DNA of 64,000 nt. Origin: Lysobacterales bacterium. Lineage in GTDB: Bacteria; Pseudomonadota; Gammaproteobacteria; Xanthomonadales; Ahniellaceae. The stretch lies in contig JAYUVY010000089.1 in NCBI GenBank assembly GCA_043753835.1, forward strand, positions 6,828 to 70,827, read 5' to 3'. The position numbers and the translations under genes are program-made. Below, one piece after another: positions 1 to 7,926 of this stretch (the stretch's first letter is position 1; each line of letters begins with the position of its first letter). Under the pieces are notes generated by a model that did no database searches, had not been told where the DNA came from, and saw only the letters and a program-made list of their open reading frames with translations.

Positions 1-296
1 ACACCGGCTCGAAGATGGACGAAGTGATCTACGAAGAGTTCAAGGGCACCGGCAACATGGAAGTGCACCTGGATCGCCGTATCACCGAAAAGCGCGTCTA
101 TCCGGCCTTCAACATCAACCGTTCCGGCACGCGTCGCGAAGAACTGCTGATCGAGCCGGACCTGCTGCAGAAGATCTGGATTCTGCGCAAGTTGCTGCAT
201 CCGATGGATGAGCTCTCCGCGATCGAGTTCCTGCTCGACAAGATGAAAGACACCAAGACCAACGACGAATTCTTCAAGTTCATGAAGCGCGGTTGA
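1..296 (+). CDS. rho: transcription termination factor Rho, C-terminal fragment (5' end lies outside the window)
   Basis: ORF 15..296 translates to ...[20 protein letters not shown]...[15 protein letters not shown], the conserved Rho C-terminus. The frame stays open to the window edge. Confidence 0.9.
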   Translation, partial: TGSKMDEVIYEEFKGTGNMEVHLDRRITEKRVYPAFNINRSGTRREELLIEPDLLQKIWILRKLLHPMDELSAIEFLLDKMKDTKTNDEFFKFMKRG

Positions 297-321
297 TCCG
301 AACGTCGAACGGCCAAATACG

Positions 322-351
322 AAACCCGCCTGGTGCGGGTTTTGTTTTTTT
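322..351 (+). terminator. rho-independent terminator downstream of rho
   Basis: GC stem acccgc/gcgggt with a 5-nt loop, followed by tttgttttttt, about 25 nt after the rho stop codon. Confidence 0.8.
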
Positions 352-418
352 GCCGGTTCGATTGCATCGGTCGAAGCACGCGCGCATCATCGTGGCGGGT
401 TCAAACGGGGAGACAAGC

Positions 419-841
419 ATGACGATCAAGATGATGCCGTTCGGGGTATTCGCCGCCGCGCTGATGGCGGGCATGTTGTTGCCGGGCGCAGACGTCCGCG
501 CCGAATTCAGCGCCGAACAGCGCGCCGAATTGGCCGCCGCGCACAAGGCGCTCGGGGCCGACGTCGAAGCCGCGCCGGCCACCGCGGATTGGGGCAAGTA
601 TGTGACCGAGCACTACGCCGCCAACGCGCAGATGCTGCCGGCGAATGGCGAGGCCGTGGTCGGTCGTGAAGCGATCACCGCATTCTTCAAGAGCTTTCCG
701 GGCATCACCCGATTCAAGACCGAAGATCTGGAAATCGATGGCGACGGCGATGTCGCATTCATCTTCAATTCGGACTTGCCGGTGGCGGCTCCTGCTCCGG
801 AGCCTGCACCAGCGACGCCCGCGGCGAAATCTTCGCCTTGA
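419..841 (+). CDS. secreted SnoaL-like/DUF4440-like (NTF2-fold) protein with a Pro/Ala-rich tail, possibly internally deleted
   Basis: The internal ATG at 419 gives MTIKMMPFGVFAAALMAGMLLPGADVRA, a signal peptide. The mature part resembles DUF4440 (GREAITAFFKSFPG...LEIDGDGDVAF) and then jumps to IFNSDLP plus a PAPEPAPATPAAK tail. Confidence 0.55.
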   Translation: MTIKMMPFGVFAAALMAGMLLPGADVRAEFSAEQRAELAAAHKALGADVEAAPATADWGKYVTEHYAANAQMLPANGEAVVGREAITAFFKSFPGITRFKTEDLEIDGDGDVAFIFNSDLPVAAPAPEPAPATPAAKSSP

Positions 842-1317
842 CGCGCATCGCCATTCTCGGCAATTCGGGTTCCGGCAAATCGACGCTGGCGCAGCGCTGG
901 TCGCGTGAAACCGCTGCGCCAGTGCTTGATCTCGACAGCATCTATTGGGAACCGGACCAAGTCGCAGTCATGCGTAATCGCGAGGCGATGCGCGCCGATC
1001 TGCTCGCGTTCTGCCGACAGCCGAGTTGGATTATCGAAGGCTGCTACGGCGATCTTATTGCGGAGGCGTTGGCGCATGGCCCGCAACTGGTGCTGTTGAA
1101 TCCGGGCGAAGCAGCCTGCATCGCCCATTGCCGCGCCAGGCCCTGGGAGCCGCACAAGTACGCCAGCAAGGCGGAGCAGGACAGCAAGCTTGAGTACCTG
1201 CTCACCTGGGTGAGCGACTACTACACGCGCGACGGGGCCATGTCGTTGTTTGGGCACCGCGCCGAGTTCGATCGCTACGCCGGGCCGAAACGCGAAATCA
1301 AAAGCGAGCTGCCCTGA
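838..1317 (+). CDS. P-loop NTPase/kinase (adenylate-kinase / topology-modulation FlaR-like family)
   Basis: Walker A motif AILGNSGSGKSTLA at the N-terminus. The TTG start overlaps the upstream stop codon (ttga). Confidence 0.7.
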   Translation: MTRIAILGNSGSGKSTLAQRWSRETAAPVLDLDSIYWEPDQVAVMRNREAMRADLLAFCRQPSWIIEGCYGDLIAEALAHGPQLVLLNPGEAACIAHCRARPWEPHKYASKAEQDSKLEYLLTWVSDYYTRDGAMSLFGHRAEFDRYAGPKREIKSELP

Positions 1318-1464
1318 GGTGGGTTCAGGGTGAGGCCGGGCCGCAATCCGGATGCAAGGTCGCTTCAATCCATTTTCGGGTGTTATCGCTGCGCCCGGAT
1401 TGTGCGACGAGTGCGCAGTTCGGCATCTCTCGTCAACTGGGCGGGTCCATTCTGGATCGCAGCA

Positions 1465-2016
1465 TCAATCGCCCGCGAACCCAGGCTTTCCGACTTGTTC
1501 GGGCAGTTGCGGCACCCGCAACAGTTGCGTCGGATCGTAGCCGTAGTGGCGAAAGCGTTCGCGCAGGGTCGCGTAGAGCCCGTCATCCAGGGTTGGTGTG
1601 CGCGCGAACACCCAGGCCAGTTTGCGATTCGGATAGCCGATCAAGGCCCACGAATAGTCGGGCGCGGTCTCCAGAATCAGGTAGTCGGCCCCGATGACCC
1701 CGAAGAAGCGGATTTTCCACTGTGCATTGCGCGTGCCTGGTACGACGCGCGCCACGCCGCGCATCTTCTTTTCCGGCGAATCGAAAGACTTGCGATACAC
1801 ATAGACATTGTCGATGCGGCCATCGGCTCGCAAGGCGTATTCGTCCCGCGCCGCCACTTTGCCGCGTTCGGCAAAATACGGGATATGCGCGATCACATAC
1901 CAACTGCCCATGTGTCGCGCGAGATCGACATCCGCCGTGCTGCGCAATTGTTCCCGGCTCATGCCACAAGCACTCAACATCACAACCCCCATCAGCAAAC
2001 CAGTGCGCAACCACAT
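1465..2016 (-). CDS. blc: outer-membrane lipocalin lipoprotein Blc
   Basis: Lipobox LSAC after MWLRTGLLMGVVM. Lipocalin core GSWYVIAHIPYFAERG...YLILETAPDYSWALIGYPNRKLAWVFARTP. GGAG lies upstream of the internal ATG at 2016. Confidence 0.85.
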   Translation of the reverse strand: MWLRTGLLMGVVMLSACGMSREQLRSTADVDLARHMGSWYVIAHIPYFAERGKVAARDEYALRADGRIDNVYVYRKSFDSPEKKMRGVARVVPGTRNAQWKIRFFGVIGADYLILETAPDYSWALIGYPNRKLAWVFARTPTLDDGLYATLRERFRHYGYDPTQLLRVPQLPEQVGKPGFAGD

Positions 2017-2130
2017 GGTGAATCTCCATTCAGTCAGCGTAGCGTGACCGGGTCGATCTGAACCTGGCGTCAAGGCTGGCGTCGTCACTGCGTGATCACC
2101 AACGACTACCGCGACGCTTGCGCCGGCTGC

Positions 2131-2169
2131 GTTTACACATGTAGACTTCAATCATCTACAGACGTAAAC
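2131..2169. promoter_or_regulatory. pair of inverted BlaI/MecI-type operator half-sites (TACA..TGTA dyads) in the blc/blaI divergent intergenic region
   Basis: gtttacacatgtagac (2131-2146) and the reverse complement of atctacagacgtaaac (2154-2169) are two copies of GTTTACnnnTGTAGA. They lie 20-60 nt upstream of the repressor ATG at 2190. Confidence 0.5.
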
Positions 2170-2189
2170 GATAAGGATTTGCGGGCACC

Positions 2190-2558
2190 ATGAGCATCAG
2201 CAGCGCCGAAAGCATCGTCATGCAAGCCTTGTGGGACAGGCACCCGCAAACCGCCGAAGATCTGGTTCATGGCATCGGGCCGGCGCAGGACTGGCAGGAA
2301 TCCACGATCAAGACCTTGCTCACGCGCCTGCTCGCGAAGCAGGCGATTTGCGCCGAGAAAGACGGGCGCCGATTCCTGTATTCGCCGTTGGTGACGCGCG
2401 ATGACTGGGTTGCGGAACAGTCCGACTCGCTGCTCGATCGCTTGTTCGGTGGGCGCGTCGCGCCGTTGGTGGCGCACTTCGCCGAGCATCGCAAACTCAC
2501 GCCCAAGGACCTCGCCGATCTGAAGAAGCTGATCGCGGAGATCGACGATGGCCATTGA
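2190..2558 (+). CDS. BlaI/MecI/CopY-family winged-helix transcriptional repressor
   Basis: MSISSAESIVMQALWDRHPQTAEDLV...WQESTIKTLLTRLLAKQAI...YSPLVTRDDW is the typical family pattern. The gene overlaps the downstream M56 sensor gene. Confidence 0.85.
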   Translation: MSISSAESIVMQALWDRHPQTAEDLVHGIGPAQDWQESTIKTLLTRLLAKQAICAEKDGRRFLYSPLVTRDDWVAEQSDSLLDRLFGGRVAPLVAHFAEHRKLTPKDLADLKKLIAEIDDGH

Positions 2559-4371
2559 TCGCTGGTGGCTGCTGCTCAGTCAGCTGACTCTCGCGGTCAG
2601 TATCGCCCTGCTGGCGATCGCCGTGATTCGCGTGTTGGCGCGTCGCTGGCTCTTCCCGCGTGCGACCTATGCCCTGTGGCTGCTGTTGCCGTTGTCGGTG
2701 TTGGCGGTGAGCCTGCCGGCAACGCGCAAGGTCGTAGTCATCGACACGTCGCCGACGGCGCAAACAACCATCGTTGGCGAAGCGACGCCGGTGCTGCCGG
2801 AAGCGAGTTCGCGACCCATGCTGCTTCTGCTCTGGGCCAGCGGTTGTGCGATCAGTTGGATCGGATTTGCCTTGCTGCAGCGGCATTTTGTGCGGCGCCT
2901 GGGCGCGCAGCGCGGCGCCGGACGCATTTGGCGTTCGCCGCGCACCGACGTGTCACCGGTGGTGATCGGGCTGTGGCGACCGCGCATCGTATTGCCCGCC
3001 GATTTCGAATTGCGCTTCGATCCCGATGAGCAGCGCTTGATCACCGACCACGAAACCGCGCACCTGCAACGCCTGGACGTGCCGGCGAACGCGCTGGCGG
3101 CGCTGATCGTCGGAGTCTTCTGGTTCCATCCGCTGGTGTGGCTGGCATGGCGCCAGTTTCGCATCGATCAGGAATTCGCCTGTGACGCCGACGTACTTGA
3201 GCAGCATCCAACTTCCCGCAAGACCTATGCCGCGGCGATGCTCAAAGCCCAACTCAATCTAGATGCGTTGCCGCTCGGCTGTCACTGGTCACGCACGCAT
3301 CCACTCACCCGGAGAATCGAAATGCTCAAGCAACCCACCCCGTCGCGTGTTCGTATCCACGCAGTGCGCATCCTGCTGGCATTGCTCGCGCTCAGTCTCA
3401 GTTATGCACTTTGGGCGCAGAAGCCGGCGGTGACAACACTGGTGTCCGCAAACGCATCGCAGGCCGAGACGGCTTTGAATGCCACCGTGTTCACCACGAT
3501 CGGCACGTCCAGAAAACTGCATGATCCGATCGTCGACCTGCGCGCTCCGATATCGCTGGTGCACAGCTTCGATGGCGTCGACTGGACCTTCGAATTGAAT
3601 GTCGTGCCCGACGAGTCACACCCGAATTCAGCGCGTGTGTCGACTGTGATCAAGCGCGACGGCGTGGTGATGGGCAGTCCCATCATCGTCGTCGGTTATG
3701 GTGAACCGGGTGTGGTTCGCATCTCGGACGATGGCGGTGCGGCCATCTATGAAATGGAGATTCGTGTTGGTGCAAGCGATGCGCCGGCGGTGTCGATGGA
3801 GATCAAGTTCGGGCCGGAAGACCGATCGGTCGAACGTGTCGAGGACGGCGTCCGCATCATCTACGCGACAGTTGAGCGCAACGCCGAAGGCATCGCGACG
3901 GCCCTGGTGATCCCGAAAAACGGGTTGGACGAAAACGACCCGCAATTGATGGTGCAGCTGATGCAGCAGTCGCTTGCGTTCCAACGCTTCGAGGAAGATG
4001 GCGTCATCAAGGCCGAGCGTTATGGTGTGCGTATTCGTGAGCATGGCGACTCGTCGGCCCCTGCGGCGACGGGCTTCAGCTTCGGCGACCGCGAGCTGAT
4101 CGACTTCGGAGTCACAAATTTTCGCCGCTCGCCGACGACTGGCCAGCTCGCGCTCGGCGTGAAGCAACTGGCGGTGCGCGATGCATTTCTCGCCGCAGCG
4201 TCTCTCGCGAACCTGCGCGTGACCAATCCGAACCTGTCGAGCACGACACAGACGCTCGATTTCGAGTTGAGCGACGTGCCCGCCAATACGCTGCTGGACA
4301 CGATCGCCCGTGCCAGCAAGCCGCCGTTCGCTTACGTCATCGACGGCGACGCGATCACCTTGTCGCGCTAG
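2548..4371 (+). CDS. M56-family (BlaR1-like) membrane metalloprotease/signal transducer with a non-PBP C-terminal domain
   Basis: N-terminal TM helices and an HExxH zinc motif (DHETAHLQRLD). It is coupled to the BlaI-like gene. The C-terminal ~300 aa show no SxxK sensor motif. Confidence 0.8.
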   Translation: MAIDRWWLLLSQLTLAVSIALLAIAVIRVLARRWLFPRATYALWLLLPLSVLAVSLPATRKVVVIDTSPTAQTTIVGEATPVLPEASSRPMLLLLWASGCAISWIGFALLQRHFVRRLGAQRGAGRIWRSPRTDVSPVVIGLWRPRIVLPADFELRFDPDEQRLITDHETAHLQRLDVPANALAALIVGVFWFHPLVWLAWRQFRIDQEFACDADVLEQHPTSRKTYAAAMLKAQLNLDALPLGCHWSRTHPLTRRIEMLKQPTPSRVRIHAVRILLALLALSLSYALWAQKPAVTTLVSANASQAETALNATVFTTIGTSRKLHDPIVDLRAPISLVHSFDGVDWTFELNVVPDESHPNSARVSTVIKRDGVVMGSPIIVVGYGEPGVVRISDDGGAAIYEMEIRVGASDAPAVSMEIKFGPEDRSVERVEDGVRIIYATVERNAEGIATALVIPKNGLDENDPQLMVQLMQQSLAFQRFEEDGVIKAERYGVRIREHGDSSAPAATGFSFGDRELIDFGVTNFRRSPTTGQLALGVKQLAVRDAFLAAASLANLRVTNPNLSSTTQTLDFELSDVPANTLLDTIARASKPPFAYVIDGDAITLSR

Positions 4372-4431
4372 TTCATCGAAGTTGCGCAAGGCGCGCGCTG
4401 CTCTGGCAGACTGCGCGCCGCGAACAACGAG

Positions 4432-5130
4432 GTGGACATGAGCGAGCTGACGGAAGCAATGATCGACGAGGCGCTGCGCCTGTCGCCGATCGAGGCGCGG
4501 ATTGTCGGGTGTCTGATCGAGAAGTCGGCGACGACGCCGGAGGCGTACCCGCTGACTGTCAATTCGCTGCTGCTGGCGTCGAACCAGAAGACCAGTCGCG
4601 AGCCGATCATGAACCTTGAAGAGGGTGCGATCGGGCACGCGCTGCGCGAGCTTGAAGACCGGCGCTGGGTGCGCGTGGTGCACGGCTCGCGTGCGCATCG
4701 CTACGAACATCGCGTCGACGAATTGCTGAGCGCGACCAAGCCGCAACGTGCCTTGCTGTGTCTGCTGATGCTGCGCGGTCCGCAGTCTGCCGGTGAATTG
4801 TTGACGCGCAGCGACCGCCTCGCCGAACTCGGCGGTTTGGATGAAGTGAAACAGGTGCTGGAACGCTTGCAGCAACGGGGTTTCGTCGCTTGCATCGGGC
4901 GCGCCGCGGGCCAGCGCGACGACCGCTATGCGCACCTGTTCTGCGGTCCGGTCGAAGCCCATGCACGGCGCGAGGACGATGAACCGGCGACCGCTGGCGG
5001 ATCAGCTTCACTCGCTCAGCGTGTCAGTGAACTCGAAGCGACGGTGGCGGCGCTTGCTGCACGCATCGCGGCGCTCGAGTCGTCCGCGCTTTCGCGTGAA
5101 ATCGGCGACGGTGCTAGCCTCGCGTCATGA
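4432..5130 (+). CDS. yceH: YceH/DUF480-family protein
   Basis: LSPIEARIVGCLIEKSATTPEAYPLTVNSLLLASNQKTSREPIM...LLMLRGPQSAGELLTRSDRL is diagnostic of DUF480. Confidence 0.85.
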   Translation: MDMSELTEAMIDEALRLSPIEARIVGCLIEKSATTPEAYPLTVNSLLLASNQKTSREPIMNLEEGAIGHALRELEDRRWVRVVHGSRAHRYEHRVDELLSATKPQRALLCLLMLRGPQSAGELLTRSDRLAELGGLDEVKQVLERLQQRGFVACIGRAAGQRDDRYAHLFCGPVEAHARREDDEPATAGGSASLAQRVSELEATVAALAARIAALESSALSREIGDGASLAS

Positions 5131-5882
5131 CAGCAAGGTCTCTCCCGTACACACACTTCGCGCTCTCCCTGATGCTGTCGGCGCTGATCGCGGCGCCGCT
5201 GCGAGCGGCGGAAACCCCGGTGTCGGTGGTTTCGGCGACATGTCCGAACATTCCGGCTTCGCGAACCGTATCCGTGGTCACCTCGCAGGCCATTGCGGCC
5301 GGCCAGAGCATCGTTCTGGCGGTCGCCATCAACAGCGCCGATGCGCCTGATCTCGTCGTCACCGGGCCAGTTGGCGTGGTCTGGTCCACGCTTGGCGGCA
5401 ACAAATCCGAGCTGCGCGACCGCAGTGTGTTGCTGATACGCGGCCGCGCCAATCAAAATCTCGCCAGCGGTGCCGCGATTCAATTGGCTTTCGGCCTGGT
5501 CGAGAGCAGCCGCAACGCCTGCGTTCTCGGTTTGCGATTCAGCAGTTTCATCGATGGCGGCGATGCGACGGCGACGGACGGACAGAACCTCGGTGTCGCG
5601 GCCGATGTGCCGACCGCGTCGGGCAAAAACTCGGTGCAGACGGCGATGGGCATTGCGGCATTCGTGTTCGACGCAAACACCGGCGTCATGTCGACGTCAC
5701 CGGGGGCGATATCCGACGGCGGCGCCTGCAATGCCGCACTGGATCTGTGCCTGCGTGTCGCGCATCAGGGTGACGTCAGCGGTGCCGTCAATATTGACAA
5801 TACACCGACCACGGCCAGCGACTGGATCGCGACATTGGCCGTGCTCAATACGCCGGGCCTGTTCAAGGATGGCTTCGAGTAG
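5127..5882 (+). CDS. secreted hypothetical protein ending in the DGFE C-terminal motif
   Basis: Signal peptide FALSLMLSALIAAPLRAAE. The ATGA overlap with the yceH stop suggests coupling. The C-terminus is ...VLNTPGLFKDGFE-stop. Confidence 0.65.
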   Translation: MTARSLPYTHFALSLMLSALIAAPLRAAETPVSVVSATCPNIPASRTVSVVTSQAIAAGQSIVLAVAINSADAPDLVVTGPVGVVWSTLGGNKSELRDRSVLLIRGRANQNLASGAAIQLAFGLVESSRNACVLGLRFSSFIDGGDATATDGQNLGVAADVPTASGKNSVQTAMGIAAFVFDANTGVMSTSPGAISDGGACNAALDLCLRVAHQGDVSGAVNIDNTPTTASDWIATLAVLNTPGLFKDGFE

Positions 5883-5883
5883 G

Positions 5884-5907
5884 CGCGCCGGCGAAACCGG
5901 CGAAGTG
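5884..5907 (+). repeat. conserved short hairpin just 3' of a DGFE gene (copy 1)
   Basis: cgcgccggcgaaaccggcgaagtg, with stem cgccgg/ccggcg. By hand count, 21 of 24 nt are identical to copy 2 at 6404..6427. Confidence 0.6.
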
Positions 5908-6030
5908 TGTGCGACCTGACGCCATCACGCCTCGGGCGCCCGCCGCGCGATGACGTGCGACGCCTCGGCGCGTCTTCCGGAGAATCTCTGAATGTACGAT
6001 CAGGTCCCTACCGGAATCGGAGTGCGGACA

Positions 6031-6402
6031 ATGCGCAGTGCGTGGGCAGTCATTCTCTTGGTCGGAACCAGCACTGCTTGTGCGGATGCTTCGATCACCT
6101 TCGTCTGCTGTGCCTACACGCCAACCGCGGCCACTATTTCGGTGGGGGAGAGTGTCAGTTTTTCGGGCGAGTTCAACTTCCATCCGTTGCGGCAGGTGGA
6201 TGGGCCATCTTCCGACACCCCGACCCCAGGTGGCTTCGCGAATAGCACCGGAACTTTCTATGCCGTGCAATTCAACACGCCCGGCACCTACTACTTCCAG
6301 TGCGCATACCACGGGACATTTGGCGGCCCCATGCGCGGCAGTGTTCAGGTTCTCCCCCTGACTCCTCCCCTCGACCTGATTTTTAACGACGGGTTTGAGT
6401 GA
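6031..6402 (+). CDS. small secreted cupredoxin-like (type-1 blue copper) protein ending in the DGFE motif
   Basis: The internal ATG at 6031 follows ggagtg and gives the signal peptide MRSAWAVILLVGTSTACA. Candidate copper ligands are FNFHPL and YYFQCAYHGTFGGPM (His, Cys, His, Met). The C-terminus is ...DLIFNDGFE-stop. Confidence 0.65.
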   Translation: MRSAWAVILLVGTSTACADASITFVCCAYTPTAATISVGESVSFSGEFNFHPLRQVDGPSSDTPTPGGFANSTGTFYAVQFNTPGTYYFQCAYHGTFGGPMRGSVQVLPLTPPLDLIFNDGFE

Positions 6403-6403
6403 G

Positions 6404-6427
6404 TGCGCCGGCGAAACCGGTGAAGCG
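6404..6427 (+). repeat. conserved short hairpin just 3' of a DGFE gene (copy 2)
   Basis: tgcgccggcgaaaccggtgaagcg. It sits at the same position relative to the stop codon as copy 1. Confidence 0.6.
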
Positions 6428-6487
6428 TAAAGGGTGAAAGTCCTCGCCAACAAATGAGTAGCGATCCACGTTGTCCCGCCACGAGGC

Positions 6488-7432
6488 TTACTGCATCGAA
6501 GTCGGGGTCACGCTACCGTTGTTGGCGTTGCCGAGGATTCGGTTGTTGCCGAATGAATTGATCACCGCACCGCTCGCGGCGAATACGCCGGTGGCATTGC
6601 CACTGATTGTGCTGTCGCCGACGCGCACGCGCGTGTTGCTGCCGGCGGCATTGATACCGGCCGCTCCGAAGTCGGTGATGCGACTGCTGTCGACATAGAC
6701 GTCGATCACCGGGCCCGGCGAGAGTACGGTTGGCGCGAGCAGGATGCCATCCTGCGCACCGCCGCTGAGCGTTGTGTCGCGCAGGTAGATTTCGGCGGCA
6801 CCCGTGACGAACAGGCCGCGCTGCACCGATTCGATCTGGCTGTCGTTCACCGTCAGCACCACGCTGCTGGCCGTCGGGGCGACGCGGATCGCGGCGAAGT
6901 CGGCGGTGCTTGCAACATTGCGGAAGCTGACACGCGAGAGCGTTACCGCCGTCGCGGTCGTAGTGTTGATGTCGAGGGCGTGCTGCGAGGTGTTTTCAAT
7001 GGTGACGTCCTCAAGCAGCACCTTGCCCGCCGACAACACCCGCACGGCCGACGTGCCGAGGGTCGTGCCGGCGCCATTCAGTCGGATATTGCGCAGGATC
7101 ACCGAGCAGCCGTCGTTCACGCCGGTGCAGTTGACGATGACGCCGCTCACTCCAGAGTGCAGGATGCTGCCGAGCGCACCGTCGGTCTGCAAGGTGATCG
7201 CCTTGGTGATGGTCACGGCGCCGAAGCCACCCGGGTCGAGCACGCTGATCTCGCCACCCGTGGCGGTCTTGCTGATCGCACCCGCAAACGTCTTGCATGG
7301 CGCCGTGCGTGAACACGGATTGACGTCGTCACCGACGCCGGAAACCCACGTGCGCGTGGCTTGGGCATGCACGGCACCAACAGCGGACAGGACGCAAAAC
7401 ACGAACATGAAACGAATGATCCGACGCATCAC
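6488..7432 (-). CDS. secreted right-handed parallel beta-helix repeat protein
   Basis: Signal peptide MMRRIIRFMFVFCVLSAVGAVHA. This is followed by TWVSGVGDDVNPCSRTAPCKTFAGAI and repetitive G/N/T/V-rich ~22-aa turns typical of beta-helix proteins. Confidence 0.7.
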   Translation of the reverse strand: MMRRIIRFMFVFCVLSAVGAVHAQATRTWVSGVGDDVNPCSRTAPCKTFAGAISKTATGGEISVLDPGGFGAVTITKAITLQTDGALGSILHSGVSGVIVNCTGVNDGCSVILRNIRLNGAGTTLGTSAVRVLSAGKVLLEDVTIENTSQHALDINTTTATAVTLSRVSFRNVASTADFAAIRVAPTASSVVLTVNDSQIESVQRGLFVTGAAEIYLRDTTLSGGAQDGILLAPTVLSPGPVIDVYVDSSRITDFGAAGINAAGSNTRVRVGDSTISGNATGVFAASGAVINSFGNNRILGNANNGSVTPTSMQ

Positions 7433-7482
7433 AGGACTCCAGAAAGTAGTGATAGCGTTGCACGAAAGGGTGGCAAAGGCAT

Positions 7483-7840
7483 CAACTCCCCGGCGGCATC
7501 GTGATCAGGTAAGCGCCGGTGCCCTGGGCGTCGTTGATGCGGGCGATGCGGCCGCCGCCGGGTGCATCGAAGGCCGGGAAACACAACTGCCCGCCACTCG
7601 CCTGGGCTTGCACGACGGTCGCGTCGACATCAAAGCGATTTCCGAATCGAGCTGATAACACGCCGCGATGGCGTCATCGCCGAGCGACAGCATCGTGTAC
7701 ACGTGATCCGAACCTGGCATCGGCGAGTCTTCCGCGCGCCAACCCAACAAGCCACACCAAAAGGCCTGCCCAGCCCGATGATCGCTGGTCTCCAGTTCAA
7801 ACCAGCACGGCGCGCCGTGCGCATAGTCGGTCATTTTCAT
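7483..7840 (-). pseudogene. VOC (glyoxalase/bleomycin-resistance) family gene interrupted by a frameshift
   Basis: The N-terminal frame gives MKMTDYAHGAPCWFELETSDHRAGQAFWCGLLGWRAEDSPMPGSDHVYTMLSLGDDAIAACYQL. Only a different frame encodes the family-typical C-terminus FDVDATVVQAQASGGQLCFPAFDAPGGGRIARINDAQGTGAYLIT. The frame switch is near 7631-7645. Confidence 0.6.
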
Positions 7841-7926
7841 TTCATTCCCCCGTCGTTTTCGCCGCAAGGCAGCAATCATTTACGCGCGAGCGGGAGTTGC
7901 TGACAGTGCCGAAAGATCGCATTCGC

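Noticed and set aside
3628-4962. 444-aa ORF on the minus strand
   Set aside because: It is antisense to the M56 sensor and yceH genes. It is Arg-rich and has no recognisable domain.
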